A stretch of DNA of 51,596 nt from Alphaproteobacteria bacterium (lineage in GTDB: Bacteria; Pseudomonadota; Alphaproteobacteria; RF32; CAG-239), in NCBI GenBank assembly GCA_017475935.1, contig JAFVEP010000054.1, positions 1-51,596 on the forward strand, in the 5' to 3' direction. Shown here in pieces: positions 28,155 through 37,843 of this stretch (positions within the stretch are counted from its first letter, which is position 1; each line of letters opens with the position of its first letter). The position numbers and the translations under genes were made by a program. The notes beneath the pieces are model-generated. The model made no database searches. It worked only from the letters and a program-made list of their open reading frames with translations, and had not been told where the DNA came from.

Positions 28155-29417
28155 TCAAATATGCAAATATTTTTGCAGTTCATCGTATGACGGATATTCT
28201 TTGAGATTGCCCAACAAGGTGTAAGTCGGTTTTTGCGTAAAAATCTGCTGAGCAATCGATCTTATATCCTCTTTTGTCACGTTTTCAATACGTTCAACAA
28301 TTTCGTTTGTCGGAATGACTCGTCCGTGAATCAAGCGCTGACGGGCAATAACTTCCGCAGTTGAAGATGAACTTTCCAAAGCCATTAAAATACTGGCTTT
28401 TAATTGAACTTTTACTCGGTTTAATTCTTTATCCGATACTTTATCCTGACAAATTTTCTTCAACTCATCACTGACAACCGGTATATATTGACGAATTTCT
28501 TCGGCATTTAATCCGGCATACACCCCGAATAATCCGGACTGCAGATGCGCATTGGAAAAACTGTACACACTGTACACCAAGCCGCGTTTTTCACGAATTT
28601 CCTGAAAAAGCCGCGAAGACATGCTTCCGCCCAAAATGGTCGACATGATTGAGGCGTGATAATACTGCTCACTGTGGTAGCTGACACTCGGAAAACCGAT
28701 TAAAACATGCGCTTGCTCTATTTCTCTGTTTTCAACAAAATTTCCACCCGTATAAATTTGTTTTGCCCGTATAAAATCCGATTTCGGCTGCAGATCGGCC
28801 ATGCGTTCTTCGACCATTTTAACAAAGGCCTCATGGTTCAGATGGCCGACGGCCGCCACAATAATATTGTCTGCCGCATAGTTGTGGTGCATATATTGCC
28901 GCAAACTTTCATCATTGAATGAGCGAACCTTTTCTTCACTGCCCAAAATACTCATACCGACAGGCTGATTTTGAAAGGCTGTATTCTGAAAATAATCAAA
29001 CACAATATCGCTCGGATCATCGTAAGTTTGTTTAATTTCCTGAATAACCACATCTTTTTCCTTTGTCATCTCCGTCATATCAAATGTCGGCGCCATCACC
29101 AGATCGCTCAGAACATCGGTCGCCAGTTCAATATCATTTTTAAGCATTTTTGCATAAAAGACGGTAAATTCTCGTGAAGTATAGGCATTTGTTTGTCCGC
29201 CGACATTTTCGATATCTTCCGAAATTTGCAATGAATTTCTCTTTTTCGTCCCTTTAAAGACCATATGTTCCACAAAATGCGAAATACCATTAATATCTTG
29301 CGTTTCAAAGGCACTTCCCGTATTGACCCAAACACCTAAGGAAACTGTTTCCGTTTCCGGTCTTTCAACCGTTAGTATTTTCAGACCATTGCGTAATGTT
29401 GATGTGTTGACCTGCAT
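28155..29417 (-). CDS. M16-family zinc peptidase (pitrilysin/MPP-like)
   Basis: 420 aa with the inverted zinc motif HFVEHMVFKGT and a downstream Glu region. Confidence 0.85.
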   Translation of the reverse strand: MQVNTSTLRNGLKILTVERPETETVSLGVWVNTGSAFETQDINGISHFVEHMVFKGTKKRNSLQISEDIENVGGQTNAYTSREFTVFYAKMLKNDIELATDVLSDLVMAPTFDMTEMTKEKDVVIQEIKQTYDDPSDIVFDYFQNTAFQNQPVGMSILGSEEKVRSFNDESLRQYMHHNYAADNIIVAAVGHLNHEAFVKMVEERMADLQPKSDFIRAKQIYTGGNFVENREIEQAHVLIGFPSVSYHSEQYYHASIMSTILGGSMSSRLFQEIREKRGLVYSVYSFSNAHLQSGLFGVYAGLNAEEIRQYIPVVSDELKKICQDKVSDKELNRVKVQLKASILMALESSSSTAEVIARQRLIHGRVIPTNEIVERIENVTKEDIRSIAQQIFTQKPTYTLLGNLKEYPSYDELQKYLHI

Positions 29418-29449
29418 AAAAAATTCGTCCTTATCCTAAAAAAATCAAT

Positions 29450-29478
29450 TTGACAGTATTATATTGTCAGATTAGGAT
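29450..29478 (+). promoter_or_regulatory. Candidate sigma70 promoter for the elbB-like gene
   Basis: TTGACA (29450-55), 17 nt, TAGGAT (29473-78). It is embedded in the nested inverted repeats TTATCCTAA/TTAGGATAA and TGACA/TGTCA. Confidence 0.35.
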
Positions 29479-29514
29479 AAATCAATACAAATATTTTTGT
29501 CAGGAGAAAAAATT

Positions 29515-30189
29515 ATGGAAAAAAATCCGCATTTTGCCGTTATTTTATCAGGTTGCGGCCGTGCTGACGGTTCTGAAATTCATGAAGCCGTCTTTGCACT
29601 GCTGTGCATCGAAAACATGGGATGTACATACCAGTGCTTTGCCCCGAACATCAAACAGGCGGCCGTTATTAACCATTTAAACAACCAAACCATGCCCGAA
29701 CAGAGAAATGTTTTAATCGAAGCGGCGCGAATCGCTCGCGGCAATATTTTGGATATTCAGGAATTTAATCACAATGAATTTGACGGCATTATTTTCCCCG
29801 GCGGCTTAGGTGCAATTACCAATTGGTGTGATTTTGCCTCAAAGGGAACGGAATGCACGGTCAATACAAGCATACGATCGGTTATCCGTCAGTGTTACGA
29901 CCATAAAATCGTGATAGGAGCTATGTGTATTGCACCGGTTTTAATTGCACTTGTGCTGGCCGATAAAAAAATTCATTTCACCCTCGGCGCCGGCGGTGCA
30001 ACTGCCGCCAAACTTGAACAGCTCGGCGCAGTTCACGAAGAAGTCGGTGTGACCGATGTATGCATTGACCGCCAAAACAGAATATGCTCAACACCGGCAT
30101 ACATGCTCGCCACCAACATGCTTGATGTCTGCCAGGGCGCGCAGAATATGATAGGCGCAATGTGTCAGCTCATCAAAGAATCCGCGTAA
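29515..30189 (+). CDS. elbB: DJ-1/PfpI-family protein, ElbB-like glyoxalase
   Basis: FAVILSGCGRADGSEIHEAV and GAMCIAP are typical of ElbB. The ATG at 29515 follows an AGGAG SD. Confidence 0.75.
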   Translation: MEKNPHFAVILSGCGRADGSEIHEAVFALLCIENMGCTYQCFAPNIKQAAVINHLNNQTMPEQRNVLIEAARIARGNILDIQEFNHNEFDGIIFPGGLGAITNWCDFASKGTECTVNTSIRSVIRQCYDHKIVIGAMCIAPVLIALVLADKKIHFTLGAGGATAAKLEQLGAVHEEVGVTDVCIDRQNRICSTPAYMLATNMLDVCQGAQNMIGAMCQLIKESA

Positions 30190-30264
30190 AGATCATAAAA
30201 AAACACTTGCAATCCTTGTTTTTTGTTCTATGCTGTGTGCATTGAAATCAACAGGGGATGGAAA

Positions 30265-31713
30265 ATGAAAGTTAGAACCAGATTTGCGCCAAGTCCGACC
30301 GGTTACATGCACATCGGGAATTTACGCACCGCATTATATGAGTATTTGATTGCAAAATCGCAGGGCGGTGATTTTATACTGCGCATTGAAGATACCGACC
30401 AAAAACGCTATGTTGAAGGAGCGGTTGATATCATATACAGCACATTGAAACGTGTCGGCATGAACTGGGATGAAGGTCCGGATATCGGCGGCAATTATGG
30501 TCCTTACGTTCAATCTGAACGCCGTAATATATATGCCGAGTATGCACATCGCTTGGTTGAACTCGGCGGCGCACATTATTGCTTTTGCAAAAACACGGAA
30601 GAAACCGCCGACAGCGATGAAGATGTTCCGACCGAAAGCCATGTTAAACTGAAAGACCCTTGCAAGCATATTTCCCTGGAAGACGCTCAAAAACGCATTG
30701 CTGCCGGTGAATCTTACGTCGTTCGGCAAAATATCAACAAAAAAGGAACATCCGTTTTTCATGATGTCGTCTATGGTGATATTGAAATAGATTACGATGA
30801 ACTCGATGAAGGTGTTTTGCTCAAAAGTGACGGCCTGCCGACTTATAACTTTGCCAACGTCATTGATGACCACCTGATGGAAATTTCACATGTGGTGCGC
30901 GGCAATGAATATATTTCGTCCACGCCGAAATATAATCTGATTTATGAAGCCTTCGGCTGGACACCGCCAATTTATGTACACGTGCCGCCGGTTATGAAAG
31001 ATTCTCAGCATAAACTCAGTAAACGTAACGGCGACGCTTCGTTCCAAGATTTGGTGGCCAAAGGTTATTTACCGGAAGCCATTTTGAACTATATCGCCTT
31101 GCTCGGCTGGAATCCTGGTGATGATAGGGAAATCTTTTCAATTCAAGAGCTTAAAGATATATTCTCAAGTGAAAGATTGAATAAATCTCCGGCAATTTTT
31201 GATATTACAAAACTGACATGGATGAACGGATGTTACATTCGTAATGCAAGCGCGGAAGATTTTGCGGCAATGGCTGCACCATACCTGAAGCATATTACAC
31301 GTCCGATTGATCGAGAGATGCTGTGCGCTGTTCTGCAACCTAGAATCGAAACCTTGGCGCAAATTAGCGAACAAACAGATTTCATGCAAGATATCTCAGA
31401 TTATCCGCTTGATCTTTATGATAACAAAAAGATGAAAACAGATGCCGAAGTTTCCCTTCGCTCTCTGCAACTAGTCGTTCCCGTTTTGCAAAATGCACAG
31501 GATTGGAACAATGAATCTTTGTTCGAAACATTGAAAACCGTCGCACAGGAAAATGAGCTGAAAAACGGACAAATCCTCTATCCGGTACGCGTCGCCTTAT
31601 CCGGAAAAGCAACAACTCCGGGCGGTGCAACGGAATTAGCCGTCATTTTCGGTAAAGATGAAACTTTAAGACGCCTGTCTTTAGCTATCCAGAAACTTAA
31701 TGACAGAAAATAA
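30265..31713 (+). CDS. gltX: Glutamate--tRNA ligase
   Basis: RFAPSPTGYMHIGNLRTALY (HIGH motif) and KLSKRNG (KMSKS motif). The start at 30265 is preferred over the upstream alternative in the track. Confidence 0.95.
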   Translation: MKVRTRFAPSPTGYMHIGNLRTALYEYLIAKSQGGDFILRIEDTDQKRYVEGAVDIIYSTLKRVGMNWDEGPDIGGNYGPYVQSERRNIYAEYAHRLVELGGAHYCFCKNTEETADSDEDVPTESHVKLKDPCKHISLEDAQKRIAAGESYVVRQNINKKGTSVFHDVVYGDIEIDYDELDEGVLLKSDGLPTYNFANVIDDHLMEISHVVRGNEYISSTPKYNLIYEAFGWTPPIYVHVPPVMKDSQHKLSKRNGDASFQDLVAKGYLPEAILNYIALLGWNPGDDREIFSIQELKDIFSSERLNKSPAIFDITKLTWMNGCYIRNASAEDFAAMAAPYLKHITRPIDREMLCAVLQPRIETLAQISEQTDFMQDISDYPLDLYDNKKMKTDAEVSLRSLQLVVPVLQNAQDWNNESLFETLKTVAQENELKNGQILYPVRVALSGKATTPGGATELAVIFGKDETLRRLSLAIQKLNDRK

Positions 31714-32551
31714 AATTTGGCATGAACGTCTGCAACAAAGCGACGAAGCACGGAAAAAACGTCAAAAACGAAAAAGAATCAAAAGTTTGATCTTTAAGGG
31801 ACTTCTGATCGTTCTGATTTTTAATTTTTTCTACCCCGCATACCTCAAACGGATGATCTATCCGTACTTATTCGGACAAAGATCCGATGAGCAGCTGATT
31901 ATCTCCGCAGAAGATTATTTTCACGATATTTCAGCACCGGAAGTCACTTTGAACCGCAAAGGAAAGAAATTTCGCCTTATTCCCAAAACCAACTATAAAG
32001 TTACTGCCCGTCTCGGCTATATTGACCACTACGACACTTTATTCAACCGCTTTTTCCGCGGTCAATTTCAAGGAGACTATATTAATCTTGTACCGCGGGA
32101 TTTACTGCTGGTTATAGGAGATATGGCAAAACCGGAAATTTTTGATTTATTCCGCTTTGAACATGAAGAACGGCTCGGGATTGTTAAGTGCAAAGGCGTA
32201 ATTTATCGAGAATCTTTTGTCTCCGGCATTGGCATATCGGAAAAAAAATGGCAGAAATCCGAGGCAGCCAATAAAACCTGCAGTCCGCATATTAACACTC
32301 TTCTCTATAACAACTATCACCCCATTCCGGCCAATGAGCGCATCGATAAAGCATTAAGCATGCTGCTTCCCGGTGATATTGTACAAATAGAAGGAACGCT
32401 GGTCGATGTGATTATGCCTGACGGCGGTGTGCTTGATACCGGCACACGCAAAAATCAATATCATAACATGTTTACCGGAGGACAAAAACCGGGAAAATGT
32501 TTTATCATCTACACAACGAAAATAACCGTCAACGGCTTCAGCTACAAATGA
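31700..32551 (+). CDS. Hypothetical N-terminally membrane-anchored protein
   Basis: 283 aa with a basic N-terminus and one TM (LIFKGLLIVLIFNFFYPAY). It overlaps the gltX end by 14 nt. No recognisable family. Confidence 0.5.
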   Translation: MTENKIWHERLQQSDEARKKRQKRKRIKSLIFKGLLIVLIFNFFYPAYLKRMIYPYLFGQRSDEQLIISAEDYFHDISAPEVTLNRKGKKFRLIPKTNYKVTARLGYIDHYDTLFNRFFRGQFQGDYINLVPRDLLLVIGDMAKPEIFDLFRFEHEERLGIVKCKGVIYRESFVSGIGISEKKWQKSEAANKTCSPHINTLLYNNYHPIPANERIDKALSMLLPGDIVQIEGTLVDVIMPDGGVLDTGTRKNQYHNMFTGGQKPGKCFIIYTTKITVNGFSYK

Positions 32552-32557
32552 ACGTGA

Positions 32558-33436
32558 TTATTTGATCGGCTTAGTCCAAGGATTTCCCTGCAATAAAAAC
32601 GCAGGCAATTCCGCTAAAGATGAAGCTCCGGCTGCTTTGGCATGCCCGCCGCCGCCGAATTTAGCGGCTATTTTCGAAACATCAACATCATTTTTGGCGG
32701 TATAAAATGTTAAATTCCACTTATTCTTTTTATTCATGAAAAAGTTGACCATAAAATCAAAATCACGAATATTATCCAAAGAATCAAAAAACTCCGATTG
32801 TCCCTGTGCCATATTCGAGCAAATGCAACGCAACCCCTCAAATTCGCTTTCAAAAGCCATACCGCGCACCAGGCGATAATTGCGATGTTTTACCCACGAT
32901 AAAATCGCATTTCCCTTTTCAACGGTTGCCTTAATATCCAGTTGATTATCCATAATCATCGACCAAATTTTATCCGTCGGACGATTGACGCCATAAGTCT
33001 GGATGGCATATTCAAACGGACGCACGCGTCGATCACGCAAATCATAAATATCATTCAGTCCCAGCAGGCGAAGTCCTTCAGGCAACTCCTGATCCGGATA
33101 AAAATACGACCATGTCAAAACCAAAGCTGCCGTTCCGACCTGACGAATACCCTTGATCGGCGCATATTCTCCGCTTTTTATCAATTCGTCATATTCATTA
33201 ATAACGGATACATGATGGTCAATCCAAGTCAAATCTGCTTTACGATTCAACTCCAGCATATATTTAACCGGCAAAGCGATATCGCATATCACGATTTTAT
33301 CGTGTTTTTCGATTTCATCATACGGAATTTCCATATCATGATTTAAGCCCATCAACTCTGTTTCCGGAAATTTTCTTTTAACAATGGCGGCGGATCCTTT
33401 CCCGTCATGATCTGCAATATGATAAATACAAAGCAT
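32558..33436 (-). CDS. DHH/DHHA1-family phosphoesterase
   Basis: HIADHDGKGS (motif I), DHH (WIDHHVS) and the DHHA1 motif GGGGHAKAAG. Confidence 0.8.
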   Translation of the reverse strand: MLCIYHIADHDGKGSAAIVKRKFPETELMGLNHDMEIPYDEIEKHDKIVICDIALPVKYMLELNRKADLTWIDHHVSVINEYDELIKSGEYAPIKGIRQVGTAALVLTWSYFYPDQELPEGLRLLGLNDIYDLRDRRVRPFEYAIQTYGVNRPTDKIWSMIMDNQLDIKATVEKGNAILSWVKHRNYRLVRGMAFESEFEGLRCICSNMAQGQSEFFDSLDNIRDFDFMVNFFMNKKNKWNLTFYTAKNDVDVSKIAAKFGGGGHAKAAGASSLAELPAFLLQGNPWTKPIK

Positions 33437-33444
33437 TTCTTCTC

Positions 33445-34230
33445 CTATAAATCAATGATTAAGCCGTCATTGGCCGGATGCATATTCGGTGCGCTCATCG
33501 CCTCAACCGCATCATAATCGCAATACTGAGACATGTGCGTAAAAAATACTTTTTGCGGATTAATCTGCTTGATATAGCGCATGTCATCCTCCATGCCGGC
33601 ATGATACGGGCAAGCATCTATATTCGTCAAGGGCATAATTAAAACATCAACATCAAATTTTTCCAAAACTGCCATAGTTTCAGGCAAAATATATTTGTAA
33701 TCAGGAACAAGTAAAATTTTCCCTCTATTCAATAAAAAGCCGGTTGTCGGCATCGGATGCCCCGCAAATTCAAGCGGTAAAATTTCAATATCACCTATTC
33801 GAAACGTTTCACGATAACGAATAATATTCATCTTCAGCAACGGACGATGTGTTGCATCCGAACCGGTATAATCATTAAAAACATACGCAAATCGCTCATG
33901 AAGATTTTGCATATGCGCCGCGGTTGCATAAACATTCAACGGAGTGGAATGATGATAAGTCATTGCCCGTAAATCATCAATGCCGGCCGTATGATCTGCG
34001 TGTGTATGCGTATATAAAACGGCATCAATATGTTCAATATGATTATCAATCAGCTGATTACGCAAATCAGCCGATGTATCAATCAAAATTTTTGTATCTC
34101 CGATTTCAACATAAACGCCGGCACGGCTGCGTCTGTTTTTCGGATTTTCAGGATTGCAATTTCCCCACCCCGCAGAAATTGTCGGCACTCCGGCGGCAGA
34201 TCCGCTGCCCAATATTATCATTCTACCCAT
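33445..34230 (-). CDS. MBL-fold metallo-hydrolase (PhnP-like)
   Basis: MGRMIILGSGSAAGVP and HTHADHTAG. The ATG at 34230 overlaps the tatD stop by 8 nt. The upstream extension in the track lies inside tatD. Confidence 0.8.
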   Translation of the reverse strand: MGRMIILGSGSAAGVPTISAGWGNCNPENPKNRRSRAGVYVEIGDTKILIDTSADLRNQLIDNHIEHIDAVLYTHTHADHTAGIDDLRAMTYHHSTPLNVYATAAHMQNLHERFAYVFNDYTGSDATHRPLLKMNIIRYRETFRIGDIEILPLEFAGHPMPTTGFLLNRGKILLVPDYKYILPETMAVLEKFDVDVLIMPLTNIDACPYHAGMEDDMRYIKQINPQKVFFTHMSQYCDYDAVEAMSAPNMHPANDGLIIDL

Positions 34231-35008
34231 TTTGATTAACCTTTGCAAAAAGCCGAAAGAAATTTTCCGTAACAGTTTGAGTAAGTTTCTCTGTCGATAT
34301 ATGCTTAATTTCAGCCAATTTTTGCGCCGTCTGAACAACATAAGCCGGCTCATTACGCCGACCGCGATAAGGCTCGGGAGCCAAAAATGGAGAATCCGTT
34401 TCCACCAACAATCGATCAAGCGGCACGCGCGAAAAAATATCTCTCAACTCTTGACTCTTCTTAAAAGTTATGATGCCGGAGGCCGATATATAAAATCCCA
34501 ATTCAAGAGCAAACGAACATAATTTTTCCGAAGAAGAAAAACAATGCAATTCGCCCGTAAACTTGTGCTGACGATATGCCGTACCTAAAATTTCCATCAT
34601 ATCTTCATCGGAATCCCGATTATGAATAATCAACGGCAAGCCTGTTTTTTGCGCAGCGTCAATATGTTGCAAAAGAATCTTGATTTGCTGATCTTTTGTT
34701 TCCCGATTATAGTAATAATCAAGCCCACACTCACCGATACCGATCACATAAGGAGATTGAGATCGTTCAATCAAATCCATAGATGAAAAATCGGGATATT
34801 TTTCGGCCAATTCCGGATGCACTCCGACTGTTGTATAGATGTTTTCATGTTGCCGGCAGAATGCTATAATTTCATCAGTTTTAGCTATATCGTCACACAC
34901 ATCGACAATATATTTAACACCGGCCGATCGAGCCCGTGCAACCACATCTTCCCGATCAATCATAAAATCGTCTGCATTAATATGACAATGACTATCCGCA
35001 ATCATCAA
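34223..35008 (-). CDS. tatD: TatD-family metal-dependent DNase/hydrolase
   Basis: ADSHCHI, GECGLDYYY, IIHNRDSDED and ETDSPFLAP. Confidence 0.9.
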   Translation of the reverse strand: MMIADSHCHINADDFMIDREDVVARARSAGVKYIVDVCDDIAKTDEIIAFCRQHENIYTTVGVHPELAEKYPDFSSMDLIERSQSPYVIGIGECGLDYYYNRETKDQQIKILLQHIDAAQKTGLPLIIHNRDSDEDMMEILGTAYRQHKFTGELHCFSSSEKLCSFALELGFYISASGIITFKKSQELRDIFSRVPLDRLLVETDSPFLAPEPYRGRRNEPAYVVQTAQKLAEIKHISTEKLTQTVTENFFRLFAKVNQNG

Positions 35009-36051
35009 AAAAACCGCCTCAATTCGGCAAAAAGATTAATCAACATAAGCCGTTTATCCATGTTAATATACCGACAATCGGCAAACATGGCATTAATGGT
35101 ATTTATATACTCGCACAATTCCTCCGGTTCACGGCTATCGGCAATTTTGTCTTTAAACAATTTAACAATCAACTCTTGCAGCACATCAAATTTATCCTCA
35201 TCTGAGGCTGTTTCCGTACTGAATTGTATGATTTGTTCCAGTGAAAATTTTGCTGTAGACGTTATATTCATCAATTTCCGGTAGATATCATCGGCCTTAG
35301 CATCGGCATATTTGAGCGCACGTCCTATACTCCCCCGACTTAATTGCGATAACAACAAAACCTGCTGTTCATCCAATTGCGGCCGATATCGGCGAATAAG
35401 GCTGGCAACATCGGTCTGGCTCAGTGTCTTTAAAGATAATTTGGCACATCTGGAGCGAATGGTCGGTAGAAGTTTACCGAGATTATGGCTGACCAACAAT
35501 AACACCGTTTTTGCCGGCGGTTCTTCCAAAATTTTAAGAAGCGCATTTGCGCTGTTGGAATTAAGATCATCGACGCTATCAATAAGAACAACGCGCCACC
35601 CTTCATTAAATGACGTTTTAGAGAGAAAATTGTTAATTTGCCGCACATCATCAATGCGAATATAGGCAGACTTTTTCATATTCGCCAAATCATCTTCATC
35701 TATCGCCTCGCCTTTACGAATCGCACTGATAATTTTTTTCCGATCCGTTTCGATAAAATCACGCTGCAACACCTTCAGATCCGGATGCGATCCGGAGGCA
35801 ATTTGCTGAAACACCACGGAATCAACGGGAATATTCAACGACTGATATTGTTCTCGTTTTGCCGGATCGGCCCACAGTAAAAAGCGAGCTATTCTATAAG
35901 CCAGTGTTGCCTTGCCGATTCCTTCGGCACCAAAGATAATCCACGCATGATGCACAGTATTATTTTTCCACGCACGCAAAAACAAACTCTCAGCTTCCGA
36001 ATGCCCGAGCAAATAGCTATTCTTGTGCGGTAAAAAATCCATATCACTCAT
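35005..36051 (-). CDS. holB: DNA polymerase III subunit delta-prime
   Basis: HAWIIFGAEGIGKATLAYRIARFLL (degenerate Walker A), LKILEEPP and TIRSRC. The ATG at 36051 overlaps the tmk stop. Confidence 0.85.
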   Translation of the reverse strand: MSDMDFLPHKNSYLLGHSEAESLFLRAWKNNTVHHAWIIFGAEGIGKATLAYRIARFLLWADPAKREQYQSLNIPVDSVVFQQIASGSHPDLKVLQRDFIETDRKKIISAIRKGEAIDEDDLANMKKSAYIRIDDVRQINNFLSKTSFNEGWRVVLIDSVDDLNSNSANALLKILEEPPAKTVLLLVSHNLGKLLPTIRSRCAKLSLKTLSQTDVASLIRRYRPQLDEQQVLLLSQLSRGSIGRALKYADAKADDIYRKLMNITSTAKFSLEQIIQFSTETASDEDKFDVLQELIVKLFKDKIADSREPEELCEYINTINAMFADCRYINMDKRLMLINLFAELRRFF

Positions 36052-36694
36052 CAGCTTTCCATCTCTTGGTAACAACTTCAACAATCTGCTGATGTAAATC
36101 ATCAATGTTTGTATCGGCATTTAAGACGACACATCTGTTCGGCTCTCGCCGCGCAATTTCCAAAAATCCGCGGCGCAGATTATGATGAAATTCCATTTGC
36201 CGGCTTTCGAAACGCAATTCTTTCACTTTCATACCTTCGGCTTTTTGCAAAGAACGCCGCATACCGACTTCCGGTTCAATATCCAAGATAAAAGTCAAAT
36301 CCGGCTTAAAATCTCCGGCAACAATCTGATACAGATCCTGTAAGGTTTGATAATTTATTCTGCGATCATATCCGTAATACTGATAGGCTTCGGTCGAGTC
36401 CGCATAACGATCACTCAAAACCCACTGATTTTCTTGAAGCGCCGGCCATACAACTTTAGTCAAATGGTTGCGCCTGTCTGCATAGTACAGCAACACCTCC
36501 GCAATCGGATCAAATTTATCTTTATCACCGGTCACCAGAAGCTGCCTTAATATTTGGCCTTCTTGTGTTCCGCCGGGTTCTTTGGTTTCAACGGTATTTA
36601 TCCCCTGACGACGCAAATATCGGGCAAGCAACTGCATCTGCGTGGACTTGCCGCAACCTTCACCGCCTTCAAAAGTGATAAATTTCCCCGCCAT
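36044..36694 (-). CDS. tmk: dTMP kinase
   Basis: GKFITFEGGEGCGKSTQ P-loop and DRYADS. The start at 36694 overlaps the upstream stop (TAATG). Confidence 0.95.
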   Translation of the reverse strand: MAGKFITFEGGEGCGKSTQMQLLARYLRRQGINTVETKEPGGTQEGQILRQLLVTGDKDKFDPIAEVLLYYADRRNHLTKVVWPALQENQWVLSDRYADSTEAYQYYGYDRRINYQTLQDLYQIVAGDFKPDLTFILDIEPEVGMRRSLQKAEGMKVKELRFESRQMEFHHNLRRGFLEIARREPNRCVVLNADTNIDDLHQQIVEVVTKRWKADE

Positions 36695-37833
36695 TATTTT
36701 GCACCGAAAATAAAATATTTTATGTTTGCCCAAAAACGACCGAGCAATCCGACTTTTTCCACATTTTTAGCAGCAACCAACGGAACAGATATGGCATTTT
36801 GTCCTTTGATTTCAATTTTCAGCGTACCAAGTTGCTGTCCCGCTTCAATCGGTGCTTTAACCGGTTCATCAAATTCAACGGTTGTCTTAACATGATCAAT
36901 CTGGCTTAAATGAATTGTTTTCAAAACATCATCAGCAACGATCAAATCAACTTTTTTATCTTTTCCGTACCAAACAGCGACATCTGATATAACTTGCTGT
37001 TTGCGGAATAAAAGATAGTTACCGAATTCACGAAACCCCCAATTCATCAGTCTTTCCGCCTCTTCGGAACGTTCTTTATTGCTGTTCATACCGCTCATCA
37101 CTTCAATCAAACGGCGATTTCCCTTTGTTGCCGAGGCATCAAGACAAAATCCGGCTTCTTCCGTGTGTCCGGTTTTCAAACCATCGGCGCCATCCATCGT
37201 ATAAAGAAGCGGATTGCGATTACCTTGTTTAATATTGTTATAGGTAAACTCTTTTTCTTTAAAGTAATGATACAAATCCGGAAATTCTTTAATAATGTGT
37301 CTGGATAGGATGGCTAAATCTTCCATAGACATTTTCTGATCCGGATGCGGCAAGCCAGTTGAATTGGCAAAGCTGCTGTTTTCCAGACCGAGTTTTTTAG
37401 CAGTTTTATTCATCAGGATGGCAAAGTCTTCTTCCGATCCGGAAATATTTTCGGCCACTGTAATACACGCATCGTTGCCGGACTGGATCACAATACCTTT
37501 GATTAAATTTTCCACACTGACGTTATCGCCGATAGATAAGAACATTGTCGATCCGCCGGTTGCCGCACCACCCTTACGCCACGCATTCTCACTGACAGAA
37601 AATGTATCATCCAGTTTAATGCTGCCGTCTTTGATTTTGCTCATCAGAATATAAACCGTCATCAATTTGCTCATCGATGCCGGCGGCACGCTTTCTTTGA
37701 TGTTTTTTTCATACAAATATTCACCGGTATCAAAATCCATTAAGATCGCGTTACGTGCAGAAGTTTCATATGCCAGTGCATCAAAACAAAAAAAGACCGA
37801 TCCGAGTAATACTGCCGCAGAAAATTTATTCAT
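36694..37833 (-). CDS. D-alanyl-D-alanine carboxypeptidase (S11, PBP5/6-like)
   Basis: Signal peptide, then SMSK (SxxK), SGND (SxN) and KTGHT (KTG). The ATG at 37833 lies 7 nt after an AGGAG SD. Confidence 0.9.
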   Translation of the reverse strand: MNKFSAAVLLGSVFFCFDALAYETSARNAILMDFDTGEYLYEKNIKESVPPASMSKLMTVYILMSKIKDGSIKLDDTFSVSENAWRKGGAATGGSTMFLSIGDNVSVENLIKGIVIQSGNDACITVAENISGSEEDFAILMNKTAKKLGLENSSFANSTGLPHPDQKMSMEDLAILSRHIIKEFPDLYHYFKEKEFTYNNIKQGNRNPLLYTMDGADGLKTGHTEEAGFCLDASATKGNRRLIEVMSGMNSNKERSEEAERLMNWGFREFGNYLLFRKQQVISDVAVWYGKDKKVDLIVADDVLKTIHLSQIDHVKTTVEFDEPVKAPIEAGQQLGTLKIEIKGQNAISVPLVAAKNVEKVGLLGRFWANIKYFIFGAK

Positions 37834-37843
37834 TATCATTCTC

